The notes beneath the pieces are model-generated. The model did no database searches, was not told where the DNA came from, and was given only the letters and a program-made list of their open reading frames with translations. A program made the position numbers and the translations under genes. A stretch of 64,000 bases of DNA from Synechococcus sp. GTDB taxonomy: Bacteria; Cyanobacteriota; Cyanobacteriia; PCC-6307; Cyanobiaceae. The stretch is taken from NCBI GenBank assembly GCA_047285535.1, contig JBJBDC010000001.1, positions 1,600,136 through 1,664,135 on the forward strand, written 5' to 3'. Positions 23,409 to 34,770 of the stretch are shown piece by piece. Each line of letters opens with the position of its first letter. Position 1 is the first letter of the stretch.

Positions 23409-24928
23409 CAGTCAGGCAACAATTCCAGCCATAAAACCGTGCTCTGGATGTGATGCAAGCCCCGCATTGCCCAATAGAAGCTGAAGATTGTCACCATGGG
23501 CCAGATCACTAAAGCTCCACTCTTCAGGCACGAAAGTATTGCGATGATGCCTTCGCGCTACTCCAATTCCAGCGGCGGCGGCTGGAGCAACTCGCCCCTG
23601 AATAGATCCAGATACACCCTGGCGTGGCGGGATCGAGCGATCACCACATCAAAGGTATCCATCTCGACGCATCCTTCTGGATCATTCACGTTCACGTCGA
23701 CACCTGATCGACACAGGGTCTCGTCCTGCTGTGCGTCAAGTTAGGAGCCATTAGCGTCATGGCACCACCCAGCAACGTCAGGTTTTCAAGGCAGACCATT
23801 TCCCATCGCAAGATCAAAGCGGTCAGCGCTAGCCCAGGTCGAACGATGCTGGTTCAGACTCAACAATCCTTGGAGATTTCGAAGGGATAAAAATAGAAGA
23901 ACCTGTTGAATCTTAAAGGTACGGAGCTTGAGGACTAAACCTCGTATTTGGCGAGGATGCGGAATGATTACCGAATTGTGTCTTTATAATTTCACTTAAC
24001 TGTTATCAATATATCCGGCTGAACCATTATCATCAGCTTGATGCCAAACCAAATCTTTCTCCTGGATCGGTAGTTTGCCTTTGCTAGTTGCTGAGCAAAG
24101 AATTGGCTCATTGGAACTCCCACGTACATGATTTAGGAGGCAAATCATGATGCGTGGTCTGAGCATGTCAATTGGGATGAATTTTAAATGCGAGGTAGTG
24201 AAGAGTATTCTTGAAAATGCCATAGACCAGTATTTGCTTTTCGACATTTTCTTAGGCGTCTTCACCCAAAGCATTAGGTGGATCGCAACCCATGCTTAGA
24301 GAATTTATCATCTTGGGATTACGACCATCTCTTGTCTTCTCGTAAGGTTGCAATCCAGAGCTGACCTGTACAGATCAAATCGTTCAACTTGAGCCTCAGA
24401 TTGAGCATCTGATGAGCTAGAATTGATTGATGATTGGATATCCCGAGCGTCAGAAGTCAACAACCTGGGGTTTCATGTCTTGGTGTCGAGTGTAATCCGA
24501 ATTAACCATCATTAGATTCATCATTTTTCTCGATAGCCTGGCTCGCAAGCCTTCAAAGCTGTTCACCTCATGGCAGGAAAGTGGTGCTGCTGCTGCCTGT
24601 GCAACTCAACAATCATTGTTGAACAACCAAACGCTGCAGTGGAATGGGCCGAATCAGCCAATCTCAGATCTCTAAGCTTCCTATTGGTTCCGTAGACAAC
24701 TCTTATTTCAGTAAGGATCAGAAGGTGAATATCAAGCGGATCATGTTGTTTCGTCGAGTTGATTCAGATGATCGATAAATAGATCAAGCCATCGAATCTA
24801 TAGTCTTGCGCCCTGAGGTGGGGGTGGGGCACAACAATCAACAATCGACTTAAGAAATTTGTGCCAAAATCTTAGGCGTAAGGTTGTTCTAGTCAATGCT
24901 AGTATTGACTAGAAAGTAGCTCGGGCAC

Positions 24929-25192
24929 GTGAATAGAATAAAATCACTCACCATTTCCGCCTTGTTAATTGGTGCTCCAGTTCTTTGCTGTGCTGTTCGC
25001 TCACAGGCAAACATTCCCTCTGAACAAGCAATCACCTCGGGCGAAGGCTTAGCCAACGTGAACGGCATTGTCAAGTCTCAGCGAGAGCGAGAATTCGAAG
25101 CCGATGAAGCCAAGGAGGCTATCCAACTCAAAGAGATGATAGATACCCCCCAAAAGGAAAGACTTGATGAATGGGTAGAAGATGCTGATTAA
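24929..25192 (+). CDS. Secreted hypothetical protein
   Basis: Signal-like N-terminus, acidic C-terminus. Confidence 0.5.
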   Translation: MNRIKSLTISALLIGAPVLCCAVRSQANIPSEQAITSGEGLANVNGIVKSQREREFEADEAKEAIQLKEMIDTPQKERLDEWVEDAD

Positions 25193-25195
25193 TGC

Positions 25196-25720
25196 TTGTT
25201 TTCAAAGACCGAATGGAGTGTATTCAAGGGGAGGCAAGCACATCCTATGCGGGCGATAAAACTAGTCTCACTCATTGTCTTCTATATGGGTGTCTCAAGC
25301 TGTGGGGATAAAGATACCGGAAATTATCTATCAAAAACACAAGCAATTGAGGAATGCGAAAAATGGGTGGAGAAAGGAAGAACGATGGTTTTTGAGAGGG
25401 AGTTGTCTTACTTGGAGAAAGAGAAAGAGTTTGAGAATAAAAACCCTAAGCCTATCTCAATCCTCAATTTAGATAGGTTGGGTGCAGCAAGCAGTGGATT
25501 GCCTGATGACAGGGATTTGCTTTCTTGGTTCAAGGAGAGGGATGATTATACTGACAAGATTATGATCGTTAAAGATGAAATGAATTCTCGTTTTTGCAAA
25601 GAAGACAAAGAAAGAAGCCAGGTTTTAGGTTATGAGAACCAGGCAATCAAGGATGGCAGCTGGGAGAGTGCAAAGGGAAAGCAGGGAGAGCCACTTATGG
25701 TTAGGCACTTCCGTTATTGA
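25196..25720 (+). CDS. Hypothetical lipoprotein, paralog of 12661..13029
   Basis: VSSC lipobox after MRAIK start, YLS..QA.EEC.KW, SRFC, terminal FRY. Confidence 0.65.
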   Translation: MFSKTEWSVFKGRQAHPMRAIKLVSLIVFYMGVSSCGDKDTGNYLSKTQAIEECEKWVEKGRTMVFERELSYLEKEKEFENKNPKPISILNLDRLGAASSGLPDDRDLLSWFKERDDYTDKIMIVKDEMNSRFCKEDKERSQVLGYENQAIKDGSWESAKGKQGEPLMVRHFRY

Positions 25721-26789
25721 TCAAGCGATGGAATTCTTCGAGAGTCAAATGGATTGGGGCTCAAGAAGGGGGAAGATTTATATTGTCGCGATAGTGATAA
25801 GTGTTACCTCCTCGACCATGAGCTATGTATTAAATACTAGAGAAATCAATGGACTCGAAAGCAGCAGTAGCTGATGCTGCTCAGCAATGAATTCACGACA
25901 GAGGGGCAAGGAGAGTTGGCGACGAAAGTTTTGGAATCGACATAGAAATAGAGTCCAGACCGGGAGATGAAAAGGCTGCAAAAAAGGAATTAGGTGACGA
26001 TCGAACGCAGGAGCTGCAAGCTTATTTAGACTGAAGACTCCTGAGATGAATAGTGAAGTTGGTCTAAGCGCTAACAGTGTTTAAAACAAAAGAGGCTTGC
26101 AATAAGTCTTCCTCAACAGTGGAAAGCCTATTGACTAATATAAAATAGATAACCCATCAAAAGACATGCCCACATCAGAGCAAATCCTGACAAGTCTCAT
26201 CGTGAAATCTTGAGCTTGAATATAGATCATACTCCCCAGGGTGAGACGCAAGAAGTTTTAGTATTATGATTCATTGCCGTACATAAGGATGCCATTCATG
26301 GAAAAGCTCAGGCCTGGGGATACTTCAAGTGGTTTGCTTGATGGGGGTAATCGGGAACTAAGAATTGCCATGATTGGCGCCACTATTTTAGAAATGCAAA
26401 ACCTTTGCAGGCTATAGTTCTGAAATATAGTTTTCACATCCTATGAATAAGCGAGGATAAGGCGAGTGGGTTAAATCTTCTGTTGAAAGCCTACGTATTT
26501 GCTGGGAAGATTGTTTTCGTCTCCCAAGCACGAAGCTCTTCCATTGGTTAGAAGCTCCGCTATTCCAACCCCAGCTGCCATCACATTTGTCAGTCGACCT
26601 GTACTTATGCTTGGTGAGCTCTCGAGGCTTATCCTGCATCTATGTCATGCGTGAGAGAATGCCCCATATCACAGTCAATTCGCCACTTTCATTTTCAGTC
26701 AATTAGATCTAGCGGACCTTGGTCTGTCTTCCCGCTTTGTGTTGACTTGGGATGCGCTGATTGATGACGGCGTCTGAGCACCTTTCGTC

Positions 26790-26879
26790 TCATTGACTTG
26801 CGAGTTTTTGTAGCTCTTTGAGCAATTTTCTGCTTTGAGCAGTGGTGACCCCTTTCCAGTAGCTCTCCAGTGCTGTCAT
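26790..26879 (-). CDS. 29-aa microprotein MTALESYWKGVTTAQSRKLLKELQKLASQ
   Basis: Homologous frame of identical length at 32971..33060 with shared upstream sequence. Confidence 0.5.
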   Translation of the reverse strand: MTALESYWKGVTTAQSRKLLKELQKLASQ

Positions 26880-27079
26880 GGGCTGTCCTCTGACCGTGAC
26901 TCAGTTCTACGGGCACTTCACGAGGACTGAAAGCGGAGACAGCCGTCCTCCATGGTTCGGTTTCAGGACCATTCCAGACCAGATTCCACGGGAGTATTTT
27001 GACGGGTGGCCTCACTCCTAAAGGACACGTCTGTTGAGCAGTGGCAGCCAGCTTCAGCTGAAGATGCTTGAAGAACAGG

Positions 27080-27148
27080 GCTGTCACCAACTGTTCACCG
27101 CATGGCGAGAAGGTTGGGATGGTGCTTCTGTGTACGCAACTCACAAGC
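27080..27148. repeat. ~70-bp direct repeat (second copy at about 44875..44943)
   Basis: GCTGTCACC(A/G)ACTGTTCACCGCATGGCGAGAAGGTTGGGATGGTGCTTC... occurs twice. Confidence 0.9.
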
Positions 27149-27255
27149 GGTGTCTGTAGGCCCCCCTCAGGCTTTGTTCGAGTCTTCAGTGTTGTTTGCG
27201 TTGCTTAGAACAACGTCGTTGAGATTCTTGTGACAGATCAAGCTCCCTGGGGTGA

Positions 27256-27609
27256 TCAATCACCAGTCGGCTCAAGAGCTGGCTTTTTCCAGAACACGTT
27301 GAGGGTGTAGTGGCCTTTGCGTTTGAAGGTGAGGCCTGCAGGCGCACTGCTCTTGGTATAAGTCTTGCCGTTTTCTGCCTCAGGGAAGACGAACCTGTAA
27401 TGGTGGAGGGTGAGGTCATCCACATAAAGATTCCCCTGGTCCTGGCTGAAGATGCAAGGCCCTTTCATCATCGGTATCCAGTTGTCATGCCAAGACACAG
27501 TGCAATAAGCCGTGATGCTGTCGGCCTGAGCGACAGGTGGATCCATTGGCTCACTAACTGCGACGAGTGCAGCGACAGACGCGATTGCGGTGATTGCGGT
27601 GCGGATCAT
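27256..27609 (-). CDS. Secreted hypothetical protein
   Basis: Signal peptide, AYC...GPCIFSQ.QGN.Y motif. Confidence 0.65.
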   Translation of the reverse strand: MIRTAITAIASVAALVAVSEPMDPPVAQADSITAYCTVSWHDNWIPMMKGPCIFSQDQGNLYVDDLTLHHYRFVFPEAENGKTYTKSSAPAGLTFKRKGHYTLNVFWKKPALEPTGD

Positions 27610-28988
27610 TAACGTGCTCTTTTGCAGATTGCCCCCCGGTTCAGCGAAGGGTGCTGGCTTCTAGCTGTTGCCAGCTCAGTTGTAGGAATAAAGTGTCAAT
27701 ACTGCCATTGAATTCCCGATAATAAATAGAGAATGGCTACAGCACTAAATACCGAGATATAGATCAGTGTTTTAATTCTGAGCCACAATTTGTCCCACTT
27801 ATAGGGAGCCGCTAGTAATTGAGAAATTAGAAATAGAATGACAAAACCAAACTCGCTTGCAGCAACTGGTTGGCGTTGTTGGTAATTAGTAGCGGCGTGA
27901 ATAAGCAACGAAAACATTCCTGCGTAAGCAGTAATAGAGCCAATATTGAAAAGTATGGCTGCTTGCTTCTTTTTCAATCTTTCTCTCGCAGTCATGGGAA
28001 TAAAGCTGGCTTTATACACTAGAAGCAGCCGCCTGAATATGTAAAGACAATATTTGATTGCGTCGTTGCTTGTGCTGTAATCGTCATCAGAAGAAGTATT
28101 TTCAAGGACACCACAGAATCTGCCCAGGGTCAGGAGCAAGGGATCTGCGAATGCGTAGCTCAAGGGATCGGCAGTGAACTTTATTGCTTCTTTTCTGCCA
28201 TTGAAGGGTTGGTTTGAGCCCATGGTTTGCATGCAGGGTTGAACTCGACGTAGGCCCTCCCATCACCTTCATAGGAGCGAGTTTGTCGTGGCACTTGGAA
28301 TGCTTTCCTACAGCTACACACGAGCGGCGCTTGGCATGTGCAAAGCTGCTGTTCCAGCCAATCTTTGGATCAGCTGGTGGCAGTCCTCAGACGGAGTGGT
28401 TGGAGAAAATGCACCAAGACACATCACGCCAGTACGACTGACTCAGCAAGACATTTTGGCTGGACCTCACCAGGTTCTTTGGGCAGCGATAAGCGAATCA
28501 TGTTTTCAATCTATTGACTTCATTCGCCCCCACCAGGTGAAGACACATTCAACTTGTTGACAATTATGGCTGCCCATGAAGGCATAGCCAGTTGGGCACG
28601 TGTTATCGATCTCTTCAGGTATGCCTTTCTGGGCTTCAAACAACTGGGGTAATCAGCAACTTTTGTATACAGTGAATATGTCGGTTGCGATATCACCAGC
28701 AGCAGCGACAGGTATGGCACCTTCGACCAGGGTAGGAGATGTGAGGCTGATGCGGATCATGGCTAGATTCTGCTTTTGGGGTGACTCGTCCCAGCAAGGA
28801 TGTCTGCAGGGCTGATAGAAGCATTTACTGCATTCAAAGCCAACAGGCGGCAGAGTTACGGAGTTAGTGCATGCCCAATATCGTGCGCCTGCGCTTGAAG
28901 TCAGCTAGAGAAGCATCCCAAGACAGCGATTGAAATGCGGAAAGCAGCCTCTACTCAGGCCGGACTAGGACTAAGTCAGACATGATGT

Positions 28989-29282
28989 TCATTCCATCCA
29001 AATTTTTTGGAAAGCATGGGGAGCTGATTCACGCAGTTCCATGGATGCTTCGCGAATGAACGTGATACAGGCGTTTGAGCCGTCAAATTGCTTACTTTGA
29101 AGGAGTACCGTAAACGCATCATTCAGGGTTTTTCCTTTCTTCAATTCTGCATCAAGCGTTTTCACTGCACCGATAGGATTGCACTTGCCAAACTTGAATG
29201 GTTCTGGATCTTTTGCGAGGCTGGTTGGGCTGGCACCAACAGACAGGACAAGGCTCAAGAACAACAGTTTGATATCAGCCAT
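28989..29282 (-). CDS. Secreted hypothetical protein
   Basis: Signal peptide, two Cys, helical pattern. Confidence 0.6.
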   Translation of the reverse strand: MADIKLLFLSLVLSVGASPTSLAKDPEPFKFGKCNPIGAVKTLDAELKKGKTLNDAFTVLLQSKQFDGSNACITFIREASMELRESAPHAFQKIWME

Positions 29283-29841
29283 TGACCTGCCAATGATGCT
29301 TATTCGATGAGAGTAGGACAGGTCCAGTTCAGTGATGGCGAGCTGCCCGTTTCTGATGCAGGCTTGCCAATCTTGAATGAAATATCATGTAAATATTGAA
29401 GACCTTGAAAGAAAGATTGGAGCCCATCAGCAACATCATTTTGTCTTGGGTATTGGACCATTGACTTCATTCCTTGATTGATCCTCCTTGTGTCAATGGT
29501 GGCATTGTGTTGATAACAGTCCGTCATGGAGAACTCTTCAAAGATCTGAGTCGGGCACTCGCGCGCTCTTCCTAAGCCATCAAACAAGCTTTTACAATTA
29601 ATTGTCATTCATCTACTATTTTCAGTGCTATTGGGAGTCATAATGCTTCCAATTGTGGTCATGCTATGCATCACTGCCTGACCCGAGAAACAGGCAAAAT
29701 ACCTGCTTGAAACTGACAAAACTTACAGAACAAACGATCAACTTCCAAACCTGATTGCCACTACAGCCTTCCAACTATTATCGCTGATGCAATAGGTGCT
29801 GAGGGAATCAATGCTTTGATGAACTTCTTGAGGAGATAGCC

Positions 29842-30561
29842 TTAATCATGAGACTTGTCGCCATTCACAACAAAATCCCACCATGCTTCAAGGCGTGGTG
29901 CAGATGAGTACCAAATGTCCCCGAAGAATCCACCATGGGCAGTATCGTCTTGAATCAGAGAACGCGCACCTCTAAGCAAGGCTGATTGAACTGGAACCAG
30001 TCCATCACCAGTGCAATTTTCATCATTAGTGGCTCTTTGGTAACTGGCTTTAGCGCTGCGGCGGCTGAATGCCGAGGCATTTTCACTGGATAAATCCAGC
30101 TTTCCCGCGATCGCGACATAATCGACTCCTGAGGCATGACATCCAGGAAAGCGGCGGTCCACCATCGTCCTCAGAGCTGTGGCACGAACTGCCTGATGGG
30201 GACTGCCGAGGGTGACTAGGCGATCACATCGTGTAGAACCGGCATACACACGCCCCTGGAATGGTTCATCGCTGAGATAAAGACGCAACATCACTCCGCC
30301 GGAGCTGTGACCAATCAACGTGACTTTCCCATTGATTGATTGGTTTTGAAGTTGTTTTACCATGTCGTCGACACGGTCTAGCACACGACGCCATCCAAAC
30401 CTCCAGATGGTCAAGAGCCAATCCAGTCGAGTCATGGGCACAACCAGAACATCACGAACTCCCTGGCACTGCAGCCAGGCAGCCATCGCGGCGTAAGCCT
30501 CAGCTGTAATGAGAAACCCTCCAAGGATCAAAACAGGCTGCTGCGGATCAACTGTTGTCAT
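29842..30561 (-). CDS. Alpha/beta hydrolase (lipase/esterase, PGAP1-like)
   Basis: GHSSGG nucleophile elbow, LVTLGSPH, GDGLVP, catalytic H in AHGG. Confidence 0.9.
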   Translation of the reverse strand: MTTVDPQQPVLILGGFLITAEAYAAMAAWLQCQGVRDVLVVPMTRLDWLLTIWRFGWRRVLDRVDDMVKQLQNQSINGKVTLIGHSSGGVMLRLYLSDEPFQGRVYAGSTRCDRLVTLGSPHQAVRATALRTMVDRRFPGCHASGVDYVAIAGKLDLSSENASAFSRRSAKASYQRATNDENCTGDGLVPVQSALLRGARSLIQDDTAHGGFFGDIWYSSAPRLEAWWDFVVNGDKSHD

Positions 30562-31209
30562 CGCTCAGATACCAAGGAATACAACCATCTTCAGTGCAGA
30601 AGGATGGCAACGGAATGGTCCTCAGAATTCTCAAGAGAAATGGGATCAGCCGCTCCTCTAGGAGAGCGAGCCTCATCTCTTGATCGAGGGTTATGAGTAA
30701 GAGGCAACTGCATAAGGCATTCCTTCTTGCTGAAGGCCCCTTCGCTTCCATTAGAAAATGGCCGCTCGTTGTTTCAATGTTCTATTATCTCAATCCAAAT
30801 CATAAACTTACTTGAACTCATAATGTGCTGAACTTTTTAGCGTTCAGTGCATCTACGCTGTGAGCTGAAACTACTTTAACGCCTTAAAATCCATTGAATT
30901 CGCTAAAATCAGTAATACTCCAGTTGACAAGTTGAACAGTTCTGATGCAATGAAGATTTGGCTTGAGTCGTGAATTATCGCGGCTCCTACTAGGCTCACA
31001 GGAATTACCTACCTACATTATTTTCCGATGGTTCCCTTAACCCGATGCGGCCCAATCAGTTGCTCATAATTCATCTCTATTGGGTGGCGATCATCAGCAT
31101 GTCACACCACTCTAAAATGTATCAAATGAATGCAGTAGGCCAAAGAACGCGGCAGATGTTCATCCAGATCAGTATTGAGATAATGGACAGATGGTTGAAG
31201 CTGAAATTA

Positions 31210-31700
31210 CTTACGAAGTTTTCCGGTTGAGACCATTATAGTTTTCCGCAACAACATACAAGGCTGTTGCCAGTGGAATGGCCATGAATATGACTAATGA
31301 TGCGGAGTAAAAGGGTGATCAATTAATGAGAATGTCAGCGAGCACGCCTGTGGCAGGAGATACGGCAAGTTTGATGAACACAGTTGTCCAGATGTTCATA
31401 TCTGCTGTTTTTATAGACAATTCACGCATGCTGACACCCACTGCAAATAGAGCTACAGGAACCAGGATTGGACAAAGTCATTCAAGAAGGTTTCGATAAT
31501 TCCGCTTGTCTACCAGTTCGCTGCATTGGCAGCAATGCAAGCAATTGCTGCTACTAAGATTGGATTAAGCCGTGTGGATGTAGAGTTGAAGGCTTTTCCC
31601 TGCTTGACCTTGCCTGATTCATTCTTTGATTTTAAAATTCAAGCAGATCCATAATGGCATCAAATTATATTGACGATGGCGGCTGATTTCGACATGGAGA
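31210..31700 (-). pseudogene. Decayed AEC (auxin efflux carrier)-family transporter, C-terminal part
   Basis: Manual translation LNPILVAAIA...LVPVALFAVG...FIKLAVSP...MAIPLATALYVVAENY with stops and a frameshift. Confidence 0.65.
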
Positions 31701-32442
31701 GAGCCTCTTGCTTCCCAATTATTTTGATTAGAATTGGATAATCAACTAGAACGTTATTACCTCTTCTGCCGCAAAACCCATTGCAATACCTTTCAGGGGA
31801 TCAGACCCTCTAAATTTGTTGAAAAAAGAAAGGCTGTCCAAATCATTTGTCTGTAGATCATTAGGTAGGCGATCCAAATCTGCCAATAAAATCATTGACA
31901 CAGATGCACGCCTGTAAGCGTAGTGAATACCGTTGATGTTGCCGCAGTACAAAAGACATACTGCATTGAATATAGGCTTTATTCTGATTTGCTTGATCGC
32001 AGCCTGGTAAGCCCATAACCACAAGCTATGATCATAAAAATAATCATGATGCTATTAGCTGATTGCATTGATGTTTTTTAAGTCTTTCCTCTGTCTAGGC
32101 CTTTGAATGATTGATGATCATCCTGAGGGCCTGTCAGTACCGAATCTCATCACAAAATAGGCTTTCTTACCTTGGTCGATCAGGTTTAAGAAGCCTGAGG
32201 CAAAGGGTGAAGGGGCCCTGCTTGAGTCGTGTACTCAACTCACTGAAGAGCGAGCCAAGCTTCTCATCATGTGGCAGTCGCAATCTGACTTAGATGGTTC
32301 ATGTTTTGCAGAGAAGCGTTTGTAGAGAAGCAACTGGGTAAGAGTTCACTAGTCGCTTATTAAGAGCATTTGCTTGTCCAGAGGAATCAACACAGGCCTA
32401 GCAAGCCGGCAAAATTTATTCTGCCGAGGATTGTCTTGTGGC

Positions 32443-32679
32443 TCACCAACCCAGGTCTCGTGAGCTTTTAACTCCTGGCAAGAGGATGGAGCGTTCTCGA
32501 CGCACGGTTGCGGGTGAGACTCCAAGGTCAGTCGCAATTTTGGTGATCAGTCCCCGTGGCCAAAGATCAGGATGCTGTTCAGCGGCTTCATAGATGGCCT
32601 CATCCAAATCAATTTTGGCGAGGCGCTCACGGCGGATGTGCTCAGCGGTGATGTCGTGGCAAAGAGTTGCTGTGGTCAT
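32443..32679 (-). CDS. 78-aa putative HTH protein, copy 1
   Basis: ITKIATDLGVSPATVRRE HTH-like motif; near-identical copy at 44301..44537. Confidence 0.65.
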   Translation of the reverse strand: MTTATLCHDITAEHIRRERLAKIDLDEAIYEAAEQHPDLWPRGLITKIATDLGVSPATVRRERSILLPGVKSSRDLGW

Positions 32680-32773
32680 GAGTGTCACCGGGTGGGACCT
32701 CTTTGGTTTATGCCCGCCGGATGCGATTTGGAAGATGCGACAGCCGGCCTGAGAGGTTCGGTTTTGGGACCTT
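32443..32773. repeat. ~330-bp direct repeat (second copy about 44301..44632)
   Basis: Near-identical sequence covering the gene and about 95 bp upstream. Confidence 0.95.
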
Positions 32774-33251
32774 GTGCTTGATAGGGGGTTGCCGTCGCTG
32801 CTTTCAATGGGTCTGTTTCGCAGTGTATGGAACAGTCCTGCTGTCCATTCGCACAGCGGATGGACGGGATCCAACGCCCCACGGCTCTCCCCACCATTGA
32901 AGCCGACTGTCTCAGCTTTTCGCTCCTTGTGGAATTCCCGTAGAACTTATGAACGACAAAAGAAAAATCACTAACAGGACTTGAGATCTACTGGCAAGGG
33001 GTCGCCACCCCACAACGCAGAGAATGGCTTCAGGACTTGCAAAAGCTTGCAGGGCAATAAGCTTGAAGATGCTTCCACCCCCACTGTTCGCGAACAGAAA
33101 CGTGATGGCGTTAACTGCGATGGATTGAAAACAAGTGGGTTCTTCAGGTTTCTACTCAATGTGACGCCGGTGCTCAAGGCTTCCTAAGGGTCAGTATCTT
33201 GTTTTTGAGTAATGCTCTTGAGTGATGATTCGATGTGTCTTGAATCGGTCT

Positions 33252-33713
33252 ATGCAGAAAATGATGGCCTTGTTGCCTGTAACCGCACTGCTCTTAATTG
33301 GAGCAGATATGACAACGCCCACGTTTGCAGATGAAGGCACAGATGATGTTCGTTTCGCAATGCCTTCTAAAAATATCTGGTGCATATACAGGCCTAATCT
33401 CCAAGCTACATTTCAAGGTGCAGTGTTTTGTGATGTGATCAATCATGCATGGAGCAATTGGGCACAGGGAGAAAATTGGGGATCATTGGGTCAAAGGTTT
33501 ATGCTTCCACAAGCGGGGCCTGCGGTCGCTGTGAGAAGTTCAGATTCTTTAGAGGGAACATCAGAAACTGTGTTGGAATATGGAAAAAAAATCATCCTGG
33601 GATCTGTGACCTGTCAGTCAGAATCAACAGGACTTACTTGTACCAATAAAAGTGGTGGTTTGTTGCACCTGAATCGTGAGTTTTATCTTCTGAATCAGCC
33701 AGTCACCAAATGA
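33252..33713 (+). CDS. Secreted DUF6636-like protein, paralog of 58480..58938
   Basis: Signal peptide, F.MPSKNIWC, LEYG, TC.SE..GLTCTN.SGG. Confidence 0.7.
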   Translation: MQKMMALLPVTALLLIGADMTTPTFADEGTDDVRFAMPSKNIWCIYRPNLQATFQGAVFCDVINHAWSNWAQGENWGSLGQRFMLPQAGPAVAVRSSDSLEGTSETVLEYGKKIILGSVTCQSESTGLTCTNKSGGLLHLNREFYLLNQPVTK

Positions 33714-34544
33714 GAGTTTGTATCAGCAAGGCTCCCGAAATGAAGACTCCAGCTAACCCGCTGATGATAGGGTTTTATAGAGGCTTAGCAGGACTCCCAG
33801 TGCTGGATTTACATTGATGTCAGCGACTTCTTTAGCACGAGTTCTTAACAGCACCGACCGGTTCGATTTTCGGTAGTTCCACGTGCTACTAAAAGGCCCT
33901 AGATCAAAGGAGTTCCTGCGCAGGTATCTGATGACTGCTCAAACGGAATGAGGTCAGGACGCTATGAAGATGGCATTGAACCTTCTTCAGTGAGCAGAAG
34001 ATCCGACCAACCTTTGCAGGCATGGCAAAGACTTAGGTATTCCAAATCATTACGAGCTGAAGCTGAAGACTAACAACAGGCTTTTGGATCATCTAAAGCT
34101 TCAAGCTCTGATTGCTAAGAGATTTGACATCTCATGGTCATCACTCTCATCAGATTGCGCTGAGGATTCTCTCCTTAACAGGATAAGGATTTGCCATGAT
34201 GTTCACCATGTGATTCTTGGTGTTCCGATTACGGTGGCTTGGGAGACTGCTTCTCTGCTTACTCCGCCTGCAAGTATCGTGGGACTGTCTAGAGGTCCTC
34301 GCTAATGGATGATCGATCGTGTGATGATTCCAGAGGAGCATCGAATCATCTGTGATGCAATCAGTTGTGCTGCAGAGTTGGCTTAGACGGTGCGTTCTTG
34401 GATGCTTGCCGATGGGAAGACGGATGAGAACTCCGTTAGAAAGACTGGTGAGCTGAACTTGGTCTTCATCCTCTCCTGGTTAACTCTCCATTTCAGGATG
34501 AAGTACATCGTTGGGAGACCATTCCATCTTTACTGGTTCACCTA

Positions 34545-34770
34545 AAGGAAGGATGTGAGTCAAAAGGTCTGCAACAATCCAACGAATCACGCCAATGTCT
34601 ACATCTGCAACTTGAACCAGCATGAGCATTTGCGGCTTGCTGACGGCTGCATCACCATCAATCTTTTCGGTCATCCACGATTGGTCCATCATCAATTACC
34701 TGCAGCAAGACTGGTACGTGCAACTGCAGTTTTTGTTGGCCCCTTTGCTTCATGTCAAAGGAGAGCCTGA
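34545..34770 (-). pseudogene. Degenerate DUF3104-like gene
   Basis: VQVADVDIGVIRWIVADLLTHILP aligns with FQVADLDSGVIRWINADLVTHIVP of the 43977 ORF; N-terminus frameshifted. Confidence 0.7.

Noticed and set aside
26298..26417. Possible high-light-inducible (Hli) gene remnant (…RELRIAMIG…)
   Set aside because: Lacks the ExxNGRxAM signature and a full TM helix.
33857..33882. ACCGGTTCGATTTTCGGTAGTTCCAC as a further tRNA/tmRNA 3' scar
   Set aside because: Stem pairing and spacing are too degenerate to assign by eye.
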